64,000 nt of DNA, taken from assembly GCF_009914755.1 (NCBI RefSeq), contig NC_060925.1; one strand, given 5' to 3'. Made by a program: the position numbers and the translations under genes. Below, one piece after another: positions 40,158 through 59,665 of this stretch. Each line of letters begins with the position of its first letter. Positions within the stretch are counted from its first letter, which is position 1. Below the pieces are notes generated by a model, which was not told where the DNA came from, ran no database searches, and was given only the letters and a program-made list of their open reading frames with translations. Source of the DNA: the human T2T-CHM13v2.0 reference genome, Homo sapiens.

Positions 40158-40354
40158 ATTATTTTGTAATTAAGTTACAGTTAGCATATCTACATCTGAA
40201 GTATCTTAGTACCTTGGATATGTAAGTAAGCATTTTGTATTCCTTCTTGGGTATATCTAGATTCTGTTGATTTCTTTACCCTTCACCAGATGACTCGTTC
40301 ACATCTTTTATTATGAGGAAAGTAGTTTCTGGCCTTTGGACTTATCAAAATCAG

Positions 40355-40900
40355 TCTTTCTTTTGTTCATTTATTTGTTCAACTCATATTTTTTGGTGCA
40401 ACATTCTGGGCAACAGGGATGAAACAATGAACAAAACAAGCACAATCCTTTGCTCCAATGGAGTTTACATTCTAGTGGGGGTAGACAAACAATAAACCAA
40501 ATCAAGTAAAAACCATATAGTACGTCATTAAAGAGTAGTTAAGTGCTACAGAGAAAAATAAAGCAGGAGAATGAAGTGCAGCTGGGCCTCCAATTTTAGG
40601 TAGGGTGACCAAGGAAAGCCTCACTGGAGGTGGTATTTGAGTAAAAACCCAAAGGAAGCAGGCCTCGTGGCATCTGGGAGGTAGGTAGTCTTCCAGGCAG
40701 AAGAAACCACGAATCCTAAGGTCCTGGCAAATAGCATGCTTACCATGTTTAATAAACAACGAGGAGACCCAGGTGGCTGGAACAGGACAGGCAATTGCAA
40801 GGACTTTGCCCTTTATTCTGAATGGCAGGAAATGTCTTTGGAGGGTTTCTGGTCAGTGGATGATCTAACTGTACTTTTAGTAGGATCATGCTACCTCCTT
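40355..40900 (-). mobile_element. L2 fragment
   Basis: ttcatttatttgttcaac...tggagtttacattctagtggg...aaggactttgccctttattctga. Confidence 0.75.
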
Positions 40901-40913
40901 TACTGATAACTAA

Positions 40914-41970
<1,057 letters not shown>

Positions 41971-42047
41971 ATTGGCCATTATTTTTGTAGATATTCCTTT
42001 GCAAGGCTGTTTTTAAAACTTCGTTTATGGCCAGGCACGGTGGCTCA

Positions 42048-42356
<309 letters not shown>

Positions 42357-42392
42357 TTATAATATCCCCACTCTTCATGACTGTCTTTAATC

Positions 42393-42507
42393 ATTTCCTC
42401 ATGTTTTTCTAAAAATTTATGATTGTATAGAGAAAATTCCACTGCCATATTTCCTCATGTTTTTCTAAAAATTTATGATTGTATAGAGAATATTCCACTG
42501 CCATATT
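42393..42507. repeat. 56-bp tandem duplication
   Basis: Units start at 42393 and 42449, one mismatch. Confidence 0.95.
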
Positions 42508-42557
42508 CCCAGGTCTTAGAAAAGAACCTGACACTTAATATAAAACTGTGAAATGTA

Positions 42558-42620
42558 TTAGGTTGATGCAAAAGTAATTGCAGTTTTTGCCGTTACTTTC
42601 AATGGCAAAAACTGCAATTA
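42558..42620. mobile_element. MADE1 MITE, truncated on the right
   Basis: ttaggttgatgcaaaagtaattgcagtttttgccgttactttcaatggcaaaaactgcaatta. Confidence 0.85.
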
Positions 42621-42749
<129 letters not shown>

Positions 42750-42905
42750 CTACTAAAAATACAAAATTTAGCTGTGCATGGTGGTGCGCACCTGTAATGC
42801 CAGCTACTTAGGAGGCTGAGACGTGACAATCACTTGAACCTGGGAGGCAGAAGTTACAGTGAGCTGAGATCGCACCACTGGACTCCAGCCTGGGGGATAA
42901 AGTGA

Positions 42906-43376
<471 letters not shown>

Positions 43377-43436
43377 TAGTAAGCTTACGTGTTTGACTGT
43401 GACCTCTTTTCTCAGCATAAAAACTGTGTGAAATTA

Positions 43437-43923
<487 letters not shown>

Positions 43924-44770
43924 TCACATCACCAAAAAATTATTGTTTACTGCTCAGAATTCAGTCCCATAGTAGAGGCTTTTCTGGGAGAGAAAACTGT
44001 CATCAAGCTTAGTCAATAATTTTATTGAATACTTTCAGCAAATAGCGGATTATTTGAAATATTCAAACTGGTACTAAATCTTGTCTCTGTGCCAGTATTA
44101 TATTTTCTGGTGGCCTGTAGTATATTTTTCATACTTAACAATGGTAAGAGACAACTGCTGCATCTATTCCAATTTCCAGAGTATCTGCTAAAACAATCCA
44201 TGATCCAGTTCATGTTTGTGATTCCCACTTGTATTCTTACTAGATGATATTTGATAGTTAATTTACTGTAGTTTTCTGGTTAAAGTGAAATTTACTAAAA
44301 TAGTCTTATGGTATTTGAGTTTCAAAATTTTAAAGTAAATATTGTTAGATTGAGTTGGCTCTAAGAAACTAAAAATAAGAGAGTAAGAAAAGTTCCATAC
44401 TCTTAACTAAAACCCCTTTGTAGCTAGAAATCTTCAGGCTTTGTTTATATTTACCTTGAAATTTTTAAGGCTAGTAAGCATTTTATGTGTGGTTCTCCTT
44501 CCTTTCAGTTACATTTTCAGGCTAAATTATTCCATTGTTTTATGTTTTCCGGGAGAGTTTATATGGATACAACACCTTATATAAATAATGGCATTAAAGA
44601 CTTTTAATCTCAACTTGGAAAGAAAGAGAATAGTCATGGTGTGATTGATCTGAAGGTCACTTACCTTATAGCCTCAACTAGACACAATATAATGGAAACT
44701 TTAGGCTTATGTGGTACTTGAAGAGCTAGAAGTGATTTCATAAAATCCATGCATTGAAGTTGTCCAGTAA

Positions 44771-45449
<679 letters not shown>

Positions 45450-45858
45450 TAAACAAAATTTTAACACACTTGGCTATCTGGTTTCTGAATCAATGTAGAT
45501 TAGCCAATAACAGATTAGAAGAAGAGACATTGGAAGATGCTTGTTGGCAGGCCACTTTGACATCAGCAAGAAATGTGAGTTAACTCTTCAAATGAGCAAA
45601 TAGGAAACCTAATAAAGGCAGATACAAAAAATAAAAAAGCACAGTATTCAGATATCTTTCTGAAAGAGCTAATCATCACTATAGACTTCAGTAGCCTATG
45701 AGGACATTAGCACTGCGTAGTAATTCAGGTTCATAATGATGACTAAATCAATAACGACTCAATTATGGTCTATAGATTTAAAAAATGAAACAAGGAAGCA
45801 TATAATCCATTTCATAAAGATTTCCATCTAGAATGGCTAAAATAATACACTTTGACAC

Positions 45859-47703
<1,845 letters not shown>

Positions 47704-47759
47704 TGAGAATTCAGTTAATGTAAGGACCCACGTACTAGAAGAATCCTCTCTCTGGCATC

Positions 47760-48130
47760 TACAACAGATGGGCATTCAGCTTGAGTGAATATTTTTGATG
47801 ATAATCTCACTATTCCCAAGCAGCTCATTTAATTATTAGCAATTTCTTCCTTTTACTTTATTTAGATGAAAACTATGTCTTTGTAATTTCTGTGGGCTAA
47901 TGAATTCTGCCCTTAGGAGTCACATGAAATTCAGCAGCTCTTGAAATTTGTTAGAGCAGCAATCATTTTCCTGCTTTGAATTCTCTTTTTCTAGGCTAAA
48001 GGTCCCAATATCATTCAGTTATTTGTTTTATGACGTGGTTTCAAATTGCATCATTATCTTCTAGCTCTGACAGATTTTTTCTCTCTAAAATAGATTGCTC
48101 AGAACCGAATGTAAGATTTAAGATGCAATA
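47760..48130 (-). mobile_element. L3/CR1 3' fragment
   Basis: ctctttttctaggctaaaggtcccaa...atgacgtggtttc...gctcagaacc. Confidence 0.55.
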
Positions 48131-48697
48131 TAAATACTGAGAACTGAGGGGCTGTTACTGTCCACAGTCTTCTGGATAGAGAATCAAATCCAGGAGGTCA
48201 GAGACTAAGTTTGTCTTTCTTACTAGAGTAGCCCCACTACTTAGCATAGGAATGCTCTGGTCACTATAAGTCTAGAAATGCAGATAAAGATTGTAAGCTG
48301 TTTTAGAATTTCATTTCTGTTGGGGCATGTTCTGTCAAGGACTTAAGATCCTTTTTAGTGTGTGAACTATTGTCAAATTGGGTAACCTCCAAGGGTAGAG
48401 GTTAGTGAGGTAGGCAAAATTCAAATCATTCTAGTATGTAATTTAAGTGAGAAGTGAAGAAGACTCATACAAACATAAAAGCAGTAGAGAAGCTGAAAAA
48501 TAGACTGGTTCTAAATATATTTTGGCGGTAGAGTGTATACGATGAACAGATGGATTTGATTAGGAAGGGAAATGGAGAAGGCTAAGAGAAGGACAGCACT
48601 TAGGATTCTGCTTTGAGATACTGGATGGTATGATTGAGCCACTTATGGGAACAGGAAAAACAGAATTAAGAATTTAATTTTGGACATGTTTTATTGA

Positions 48698-49186
<489 letters not shown>

Positions 49187-49640
49187 TATTTTGGTTCTAT
49201 TACCATTTACCAAAGTGGGCTAAAGGAGGTATATTATAAAAATGCCTTTAGGATCTGATATGCAACTGCCTGGATTAATAAGAAGTGTGCTAGTGAGAAT
49301 ATGCTAGAGAAACTAAGGGCAGCAGGAGTTCTTAAACCTTGGTTGCAAGGCTTTTCAAGTTTCTCTGCTCAGTATTGATTTCAGCTTCCCTAGGGATTCC
49401 CATTGTGAATATTCACTGATAACCTGAATTTACCCAGTCATTTGTTGAATTTCCCTCTGTCTCTAGCCTCTTCTGCCTCCACTTTATCTACTTCCTTACT
49501 TAAAAGCTTTCAGTGGCTCTCAGGAATCAAGTCCCAACAATTTAGCATGATATTCAAGTCATTTCATAATGTGTCTTTGCCTGTCTCTTCCTGTCTCATT
49601 CTACACGTACACTCTGGAAAGAGTAAAAGAAGAAATATGT

Positions 49641-49980
<340 letters not shown>

Positions 49981-50313
49981 TTAGCCAGATTGAATAGTCT
50001 GTGCATAACTTCTCAACAGATAGGGGTTTAGTTAACAGAGAAGCATCTCTGAGGTAGAAGCATCTGAAGTACTGTGTTTTACAGAGACAGATACTAGCCT
50101 GATAATTTACAACAGAATTATCACCATGTTTAATGGTTTCATTAATGCATGACTCCATGATCTGAAGCAAATTTTTTAACCACCCAGAGTTTATTTTCTG
50201 GGAAATGAGAATGTCTACCTTGTAGAGTGGTTTAAGGCATGTAGAATAATGTGTGGCATTTAGGTATTCAATACATGCTAGCTGCTATTATTATTGTTAC
50301 TGTTGGAATCTAA

Positions 50314-51108
50314 TTTTTTTATTTTTGAGAGATAGGGTTTCACTTTGTCACCCATGCTGGAGTGTAATGGCAGGATCATGACTCACTGTAGCCTTGACCT
50401 CTGAGGCTCAAGTGATCCTCCTACCTCAGACTCCCAAGTAGCTGGGATTACAGGGGCATGTCACCATACTTGGCTAATTTTTTATTTTTTGCAGAGACGA
50501 GGCCTTTCTATGTTGCCTAGGATGGACTCAAACTCCTGGGCTCAAGCTATCCTCCTGCCTTGGCCTCCCAAAGTGCTGGGATTACAGGTGTAAGCCACCG
50601 TGCCTGGCCATGGAATTTTAAACGGTAGCTCTTTTCTAACCGTATCTCCCCCTGCTGCCCTGTTGTAGCCCTATTTCAGCTAGTCTGGAATTCTTACTAG
50701 TTTCTTTGGATTTACAATGTTCTTAATAATACTGGTTCTGCGTGGAATTCCCTTTGCCCATTGCACTTCAAGTCTCTTTCTATTGACATCTATACTCCTC
50801 CCTCAAAGCATTATTTATTTATTTTTTGAGATGGAGTCTTACTCTTTTGCCCAGGTTGGAGTGCAGTGGTGGGATCTTGGCTCAGTGCAACCTCTGCCTC
50901 CTGGGTTCAAGCCATTCTCCTGCCTCAGCCTCCCAAGTAGCTAGGATTATAAGTGTGCACCACCATGTGCAGCTAATTGTTGTATTTTTAGTACAGACAG
51001 AGTTTCACCATGTTGGCCAAGCTGGTCACAAATTCCTGACCTCAGTTGATCTGCCTGCCTTGGCCTCCCAAAGTGCTGGGATTACAGGTGTGAGCCACTG
51101 TGCCCAGC
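50314..51108 (-). mobile_element. AluJ (50314-50609) and AluS (50812-51108)
   Basis: Alu consensus match. Confidence 0.9.
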
Positions 51109-51717
51109 GGTTTTTTATTTTTTTTCTTCTCAGTGAGCTAATTTGAAGAGTAATACCTAGAATTAAATCATCAAACTTCATCCCTAAATGGTGATTATAA
51201 AGGAAATTTTATTAATGCTGCCAAACTGCAATGTTTTTGTGAAGTTTTCAACTCAAGAAGCATTAATGGAGCACTGACTCAATGTTACAGAGATGTAAAA
51301 AAAAATGAAAGATAACCATTCAGTCTTTTCAGTCTGTTCAGTATGTTTTTCTTTTTTTTTTTTTTTTAAAGGTTTGATTTGTCTGAAATTAACAGATGCA
51401 CACTTTTAAAACAAGTATATCTTTGATACCAGATGGGGTGTAATTCATAGGGTTTTGAGGATTAGGATTGAGATGGAACGGTAACTCGTCACTTTTTCTT
51501 CAGTGTTGTGTAGATTCTTTGTTTGTTTGTTTGTTTAAATCAAAAGACCTCTTTCTGACATTAAGTAAATGGATACCTCCTTTTGGATTTTATATCCAGA
51601 ATGAAAATAGTGTCATTTACATAGGAAGAGCTTGTTTGTAGAGCATTTATCCTGTTTTTGCTGCTTGACTTCTTTATATCTTTTCCTCTGTACCCGTCCT
51701 ATCATTTGTAACACGAG

Positions 51718-51775
51718 GAACATGACTGCATGGCATTTGTCTGGAAGAACATGACTGCGTGGCATTTGTCTAGAG
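51718..51775. repeat. 29-bp imperfect tandem duplication
   Basis: GAACATGACTGC(A/G)TGGCATTTGTCT x2. Confidence 0.85.
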
Positions 51776-52491
51776 AAGTATATTTGAGCTTTTAGTAAGT
51801 GATCCATAGGGTTTTTTTTTCTTTTTGCTATTTATTTATTTGTTTAATTCATATTAACCTCAGAGCTAACTGAAAGTATCAGCGAGCTTTATCAGTTTCA
51901 TTTTATATTCTCTTTTTTTTTTTAAGAACATAGATGCAAACTCTCCTTAATCATTCATTTTTATGTTTTTTCTTGTATAGACTGAGTTGTAGCATCTTTG
52001 CTGGATACTGCATTGTTTGAATTCCTGATTGTTTTCTAGCATTTAATGTATGGTATTAACTGAAGTTGGTTTCAGTAGAATTCTTTTGCCTTTCTACCTC
52101 TGTGCCTGTTCCTTAATTATGTTTTCATTTATTCTTATGTTCGGCTTGTTTTTTACATATGTCCCATTATGTGGCAAAATGTCTCAATTCTGTACTCATA
52201 GATGTTATCCTCTAACTCTTCATATGTCTTAATTGGGTTTGGATCATAATCCCAAAAGACACAATCCTAAACACCATAATCCGAAATGTTAAAATCCTGA
52301 AAGATCAAAATCCCTGAATCCTAAATCCCTGAAGTCTAAAATCCCTAATGTCTACAATCCCCAAAATCACAATCACAGGGTAGTTGCTTCATGTTAGGCA
52401 GAACTATTACTTTGTTGTGTTTATTTGGAAATTAAATATGGTTTAAGGAGATGCATATAGATGCCAAGTGGACAAGGGGTAGACTTATAGA

Positions 52492-53024
52492 CTTAATTTT
52501 GGAGATGTCAGTTTGACTGGATTAAGGAATACCTAGAAACCTGGTAAAATATTCTTTGGGGTATGTCTGTGAGGATGTTTCCAGAGGAGATTAGTGTGTA
52601 AGTCTTGTGGATTAGGTGGGGAAGATCTGCCCTCATTTTTGGTGGGTATCATTAAATTGGCTGGGGGGCCCGGAAAGAACAAATAGAGAAGACACGTGTC
52701 TCTGACAGCTGGGACAGACTTCTTCTGCTGTGTTGGGCATCAGAACTATAGGCTTCTCAGCCTTTGGACTCAAGGACTTATACCAGTAGCCCCTCCAGGT
52801 CTTGAGGATGAGAGTTATACCATCAACTTTTCTGGTTCTGAGGCCTTTAGTCTTGGACTGAGCTATGCCACTGGCATCCTAGAGTCTCCAGCTTGCACAC
52901 AGCCTGTTGTGGGACTTCTCAGCCACCACAATCATGTGAGCCAATTCCCCTAGTAAATCCTCTGTCATGTATCTATATACATATCCTATTGGTTCTGTCA
53001 CTCTGGAGAACCCTGACTAATACA
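52492..53024 (+). mobile_element. MLT2B-type ERVL LTR inside Ricksha
   Basis: tgtcagtttgactggattaaggaatacctagaaacctggtaaa... ending ctggagaaccctgactaataca, typical MLT2B termini. Confidence 0.85.
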
Positions 53025-54017
53025 GATTTGATATTAGAGAAGCTGAATGTCATTCCTTTTACTTGCAACACAATGAAATATCTGTGAAATTGTTTCCTCA
53101 CAGAAAGGCTGTGATAAGTTAAGTGTATGAGGCTACTTAGTGGTGAAAGATAAAAGTTTAAAAGCTAATTATTATTGCTGCTGTGAAAGCAGAGTATTGC
53201 TTAACTGCAATGGCCAAGCAATACCAAAACTTTCCAATGGACCACATATACTTACAAAATTTGTAGACCACAACCACTCTCCAAATACAAGTGCGGTGAG
53301 TGTTTTGAAGACCATACAAGAATTGAAAATGCATGCGAAAAATACAAGAGATCTCCCCTGCCAAATTATATTCAATTGTGTACGACTACTGCCCCTTCAC
53401 ACATGCCCCTTCATACTTGCCTTTAAAAAACACCCTTCATTACAGAATAAAAAGAATTTGACAAGCTCGGTGACCTTCTGAACCAAATACACTTGTCGAT
53501 ATTGAGGTTCCTCCACTGTTGCAAAACATGTTAAATGGTGAACTATTCTTGATTAGGGATTTGACTGTCAAAGAGGATAGACTTCTTATATTTACCACTA
53601 AATCTAATATAGCAAAACTAGCACATGCTTCACTTTGGCTAATGGATGGTACTTTTGAAACTGTCCTCACTTTTTTTTTTTTAATCACTTGTATACAATT
53701 CATGCCCCCATTGAATCTGAAAATTCTAGAACTAATCTACTAGTTTATGTATTAGTGACTGGAAAAAGTGAAACACCTTATAAATGTTTATTTGAAGATT
53801 TGGCAGACTTGGCAGAAGAAAATGGATTTTGATTGAATCCCCGAACCATAATGACAGATTTGGAATGAGGTGCAATCAAGGCTTCTAAAAGTGAATTTCA
53901 AAATGTTATGAATAAACTTTGTTCCATTCAACCCCAATGCATTTGGCAGAAAATTCAGATGAATGGATTGGCCACACAATACAGCAAGGATGAAAGTTTC
54001 AGTTTAAAAGTGCATTG

Positions 54018-54680
<663 letters not shown>

Positions 54681-54749
54681 TTATTTTTATTTTTAAAGTG
54701 TATTATTTGCCTGCATTGGCATTCCTTCCAGCTGATGATATTCCAGGAG

Positions 54750-55026
54750 TTTTTTTTTTTTTTTTTTTTGAGATAGAGTCTCACTCTGTCACCCAGGCTG
54801 GAATGCAGTGGTGCAATCTTGGCTCACTGCAACCTCGACTGCCTGGCCTCCCGAGTAGCGGGGATTACAGACGTCCGCCACCAGGCCCAGCTAGTTTTTG
54901 TATTTTTAGTAGAGACAGGGTTTTACCACTTTGGCCAGGCTGGCCTCGAACTCCTGACCTCAGGTGATCTGCCCATCTCAGCCTCCCAAAGTGCTTGGAT
55001 TACAGGCGTGAGCCACCGTGCCTGTC
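54750..55026 (-). mobile_element. AluS inside the transposase gene
   Basis: TSD tccaggag at 54742-49 and 55028-35. Confidence 0.9.
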
Positions 55027-55819
55027 CTCCAGGAGCTTTTAATAAATTAAAACTGCATCTGTCTGAAGAAACCAGTGAAGTTACCGACTGGTTCAAAAAT
55101 AATTACGTGCACAGTAGGATAAGAAGACACACAATGGTGTTTCTGTTTGATCACCAGTATTGTTTCCACCAAATTTATGGTCTGCATATGAGTACTTGTG
55201 AAACAAATTTCTGCATGCCTAAAACAACATATATGCATAACACAAAAGATGGGAAAATTTAACAGGAAATGCTCATGTCCATGTATGTCGAATCATAGAA
55301 GAATTTCAAAAAGAGCAGCACCATGTATAAAATGAATGTGAATGTATTCTCTGAGGAGAGCCATGCTCTAAAAGGAAAAAAGCAGCTATTCGTGGTGATG
55401 TAAGACTTCAAAATATAAATGATTGTGAAAGTCTGCCTGCTCTTATGGACCGCCTCTGCACAATTGCCCAGAATCTATTGCTGTAATATACTTTTTCATA
55501 TGTTGAGTTTTCTTTTTAGTTTTTAAAAGTTTTTTCCCCACTTGTTCAAATTGCCAGCATTATTTTTTACAATATGCTGTGCTCTGTATTTCATCTTCAC
55601 ATCATTTCCATTACTGGAGGTATAAATTGTGTCAAGACTTTTAGAGAGTTCGAATGTGTTTTATGCATTTTTCGCATATTTGCAAATTTGACTCCACAAG
55701 GTCCATTTTCACAACATTGACTTCGTGTGTAAGCATTGTGCATGTATGTAAAATGCTCTTTGGGCAACTGTAATATGTGGTGGCAGCCCATCATGGTTTT
55801 TTTTTCTTTTTAATTTTTA

Positions 55820-56198
55820 TTTTTATTATTTTTATTTTTTATTTTCTTTAAATTTTATTATTATTATACTTTAAGTTTTAGGGTACATGTGCACAATGTG
55901 CAGGTTTGTTACATATGTATACGTGTGCCATGTTGGTGTGCTGCACCCATTAACTCGTCATTTAGCATTAGGTATATCTCCTAATGCTATCCCTCCCCCC
56001 TTCCCCACCCCACGACAGTCCCCGGTGTGTGATGTTCCCCTTCCTGTGTCCATGTGTTCTCGTTGTTCAATTCCCACCTATGAGTGAGAACATGCGGTGT
56101 TTGGATTTTTGTCCTTGCGATAGTTTGCTGAGAATGATGGTTTCCAGCTTCATCCATGTCCCTACAAAGGACATGAACTCATCATTTTTTATGGCTGC
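55820..56198 (-). mobile_element. 5'-truncated L1PA (older primate, GAG diagnostic) inserted at the 3' end of the RPL27 pseudogene
   Basis: L1 3'UTR reverse complement (ttattatactttaagttttagggtacatgtgc...); TSD TTCTTTTTAATTTTTA at 55804-55819 and 56199-56214. Confidence 0.92.
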
Positions 56199-56599
56199 TT
56201 CTTTTTAATTTTTAATGACCAAAACAAAGCATCTAAAACCACAGCTTCTGGAAGAACTACTTGTTCTTGCCTGTCTTTTATCTCTTTTCAAACTTGACCT
56301 TGGCCTCTCGTCGGGCTTTGGGCATTAGGTGATTGTAGTTACAAACTTTCGCAAAAGACTTGATCTTTGACCCCTTGGTGATCTTCTTCTTGCCCATGGC
56401 AGCTGTCACTTTGCAGGGGTAGTGGTCAATTCCAGACACCAGAGCATGGCTGTAGGGGCAATCTGAGGTGCTATCATCAATGTTCTTCACGATGACGGCT
56501 TTGCATCCAGAGTAGCGTCCAGCCAGGACAAGCACCACCTTCCCAGGTTTCATGAACTTGCCCATTTCGGCAGCAACCACTCGGGCCTACAGCAAAAAG
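56199..56599 (-). pseudogene. RPL27: RPL27 processed pseudogene (ATG at 56565, ancestral stop 56233-35, premature TAA 56278-80, 78-nt internal deletion)
   Basis: [20 protein letters not shown]...[18 protein letters not shown]; intronless; pyrimidine-rich 5' end CTTTTTGCTG; TSD AGCCCATCATGGTTTT at 55785-55800 and 56598-56613. Confidence 0.95.
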
Positions 56600-57365
56600 C
56601 CCATCATGGTTTTTGATTGATCTTAAGACTTAGGTTGTTTGTCGTGGTATTTCAGATGACTGCAGTTATATAAGCTATTTTTTTATGAATACACCTTGTC
56701 TGCTCATAACTTATACCTGTATGACTGTCATTAGTATACCCAAGTGTTTATGCTTGCAAAATATGTATGTTGTTTTTGCCTATTTTATCATGTAAAGTAG
56801 CCTATGAAGTGTTCTGTTATGTTTTTATGTTTCTCAAATAAATCCCCCTTAAAAATGTAAATACATATCTTTAAATTTTTTTTTAAATTCCTTTTTCCAG
56901 AATTATATTTTTGGGATTTTGGTCTTTTGGGATTTCAACACTCAGGATTATGCCATTGAGGACTATATCTTTCAGGATTATGATTGGCTCCTGTCCTAAT
57001 CATTACTTCCTAAATGTGGCACAGAGATATTATCAATGGAGATACCCAGAACACTGAATCTGGGCACTTGTCACAGCTGGGTAGGAAACTTGGATTTGCC
57101 ATACTCTATGTTTAAAGATTACAAAGTCTGATTAAGTGCCAAAAAGAGTTTTTAAAAATGTTAATGGTTCACTTTTCACATTTAATGTGTTGCATCATTT
57201 GTTTCATTCATTAATTAACAAGGATTTATTTGTTGAGCACTTATTGTGTCAAGTATTTCCCGCTCTTCATATTCCACTTGCTAAAAGCAGCTTTTTATAG
57301 TCTTTGTTTCTAGGCATTTTGCAGTACGTTCTCAAAGTGATTGTAATGGTGGTTTTCTGTGCTTC

Positions 57366-57463
57366 CTACTCAAAATGTGCTCAGTGGGCCAGCAGCATTG
57401 GCAACATCTTATTAGAATTGTAGAATCTCAGGCCCCTTTCCAGACCTATTGAATCAGACCCCT
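57366..57463. mobile_element. MER5-type fragment
   Basis: ctactcaaaatgtg...ccagcagcattggca...gaatctcaggcccc...ccagacctattgaatcaga. Confidence 0.65.
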
Positions 57464-57468
57464 TATAG

Positions 57469-58322
57469 TGAAGCAGGATATTTGCCTGACCTCTTCATGG
57501 GAATTGTGACAGGCGTACCTTGTTTACTGAGCCTGCCACTCTCAACTCCTTGTGGGAAGGAGCGTGCGAGTGAACGAGGTGGGAACTGGAGTGCACAAGC
57601 GCTGGAACGAGCTGACTGCCTTGGTGCTTGCAGTACTCAAGGCCACGCGGGCCTCACAGCAGTATCCAGGGGGCAGTATCTGCATCCCTCCAAGCCCCAG
57701 AGGGCATGTTACAGTGCTCTTTTAGCTTCGACATGCCATCCACGAACAGCTTAAGTGTTAGCAGCTCAGTGGGCCCTTTGCCTTTTTGAGTGAGGTGCTG
57801 CCCTCTGCCAGTGAGGGCAGAGGGCCAGTGTGACAGCCTTTTGTATCTGCACACATGGCTCCCGTGCTCTTGTCCGGTGTCCAGGAAAAATGAGGTCACA
57901 GGAATGAATTGAAGAATGGTAAATACAGGGGATTTTATTGCTGATGAAAGTGGCTCTCAGCGGGAAGGGGAGCTGAAAAGGGGCCGGGGGTGGGTAGATT
58001 ATCTTCCTCTGAAGTACAGCCATCTCCAGCCGAATTCTTCTCTGAAGTTACACCATCAAGCTATCCCTCTGAAGTCAAGCTGCTTCTCTCCAACATCCAG
58101 CTGTTTCTCCTCCCTCCCAGCTGAGTCTGGGGTTTTTATAGGCACAGGATGGGGTGAGGTGGGGCCATGGGTGGTTTAGGAAAAGGCAACATTCCAGTGG
58201 GAAAACAGGGATATAAAGTCTCACTTTGGGCTGCAGTCTCATGCTTTTCTGTTTGAGGGTAGGGTTTCGTCAGAGACCCGTCCTTTTCTGCCTAGAATTT
58301 CTCTGCCCCTTTGTCTGTATCA
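57469..58322 (-). mobile_element. ERV1 solo LTR (LTR27/LTR28/MER52 group), antisense to EPB41
   Basis: TG...CA termini, 4-bp TSD ATAG (57465-68 / 58323-26), minus-strand TATAAAAA (58140-33) and AATAAA (57939-34). Confidence 0.8.
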
Positions 58323-58615
58323 ATAGTGGTTTTAAACAAAATTTATTTTGAATTTTTCTTTCATTATACTGGTTAAAGTTGAAACAAGAATGTAAACTCC
58401 ATGATGACATAGACCTTGACTGTTTTGTTTACTGTTGTATTTCTAGCACGTAGCATCAGTCCTGTGCTAGGTGCCTGATAAGAATTTGTTGAATGAATCA
58501 ATTAGTATCATGCATTTGAAGTAAATTTACTTGAATAAATTTAGAGAATGCCTTTGCAGTTTGTATTTATCAGATATATTCAGTGAAATCAATTCATTTT
58601 TTTAAAAAACTTAGG

Positions 58616-59219
<604 letters not shown>

Positions 59220-59227
59220 TAAAACTT

Positions 59228-59605
59228 TTATTAATACCTATTATGTGTCAGGTACTGTTCTAGGCATTGGGTATACAATGATAAAAAAAAAATATGTCAA
59301 GGTTCATGTCCTTATAGAACTTTTAGCTGGAGAGAGGGAAGAAAGACATTTTAGCTGGAGAGAGGGAAGAAAGACAATAAACTGGTAAACAAATATGTTA
59401 ACAAAATAATTACAGATAATAAGTGCAGTAGTCCTGTAAGGGTATCTGGGGGCATGAAGGCCAATACTTCAGCTAGGTTATGTAGGGAGGCCTCCTAAGG
59501 CATAAGACAGTAATGATATGAAGGAGACCAGCCTTCAAATAGGCAGGAGAAGAGCAGTGTAAGTAGAGAGAGCAGCAAGTGTGAAGGGCCTGAAGAGGGA
59601 ATGAG
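59228..59605 (-). mobile_element. L2 fragment
   Basis: cctattatgtgtcaggtactgttctaggcattggg. Confidence 0.65.
59321..59376. repeat. 28-bp perfect tandem duplication
   Basis: TTTTAGCTGGAGAGAGGGAAGAAAGACA x2. Confidence 0.9.
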
Positions 59606-59665
59606 CTAAATATAGTTTGTTCATTCATTCAGATTGTTAACATCCAGATAAAGTTACTTCATTTA

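Noticed and set aside
51340-51500. Possible cryptic exon after the poly-T/AAAG acceptor at about 51371
   Set aside because: Only a weak downstream donor and no independent support from the sequence.
52235-52380. AAATCCC repeats as a telomere-like or novel tandem array
   Set aside because: Explained as Ricksha TIR/subterminal repeats, mirrored at 56913-56991.
53140-53743. Domesticated, active transposase gene
   Set aside because: Multiple stops, frameshifts and Alu insertions; no intact ORF or clear splice rescue.
56278-56580. 100-aa RPL27-like ORF as a functional retrogene
   Set aside because: Premature stop, 26-codon deletion and many CpG-type substitutions (R to C/H).
55785-56614. Pack-MULE capture of RPL27 by Ricksha, or an RPL27-L1 chimeric retrotranscript
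   Set aside because: The pseudogene and the L1 each have their own TSD, indicating two ordinary later retroinsertions.
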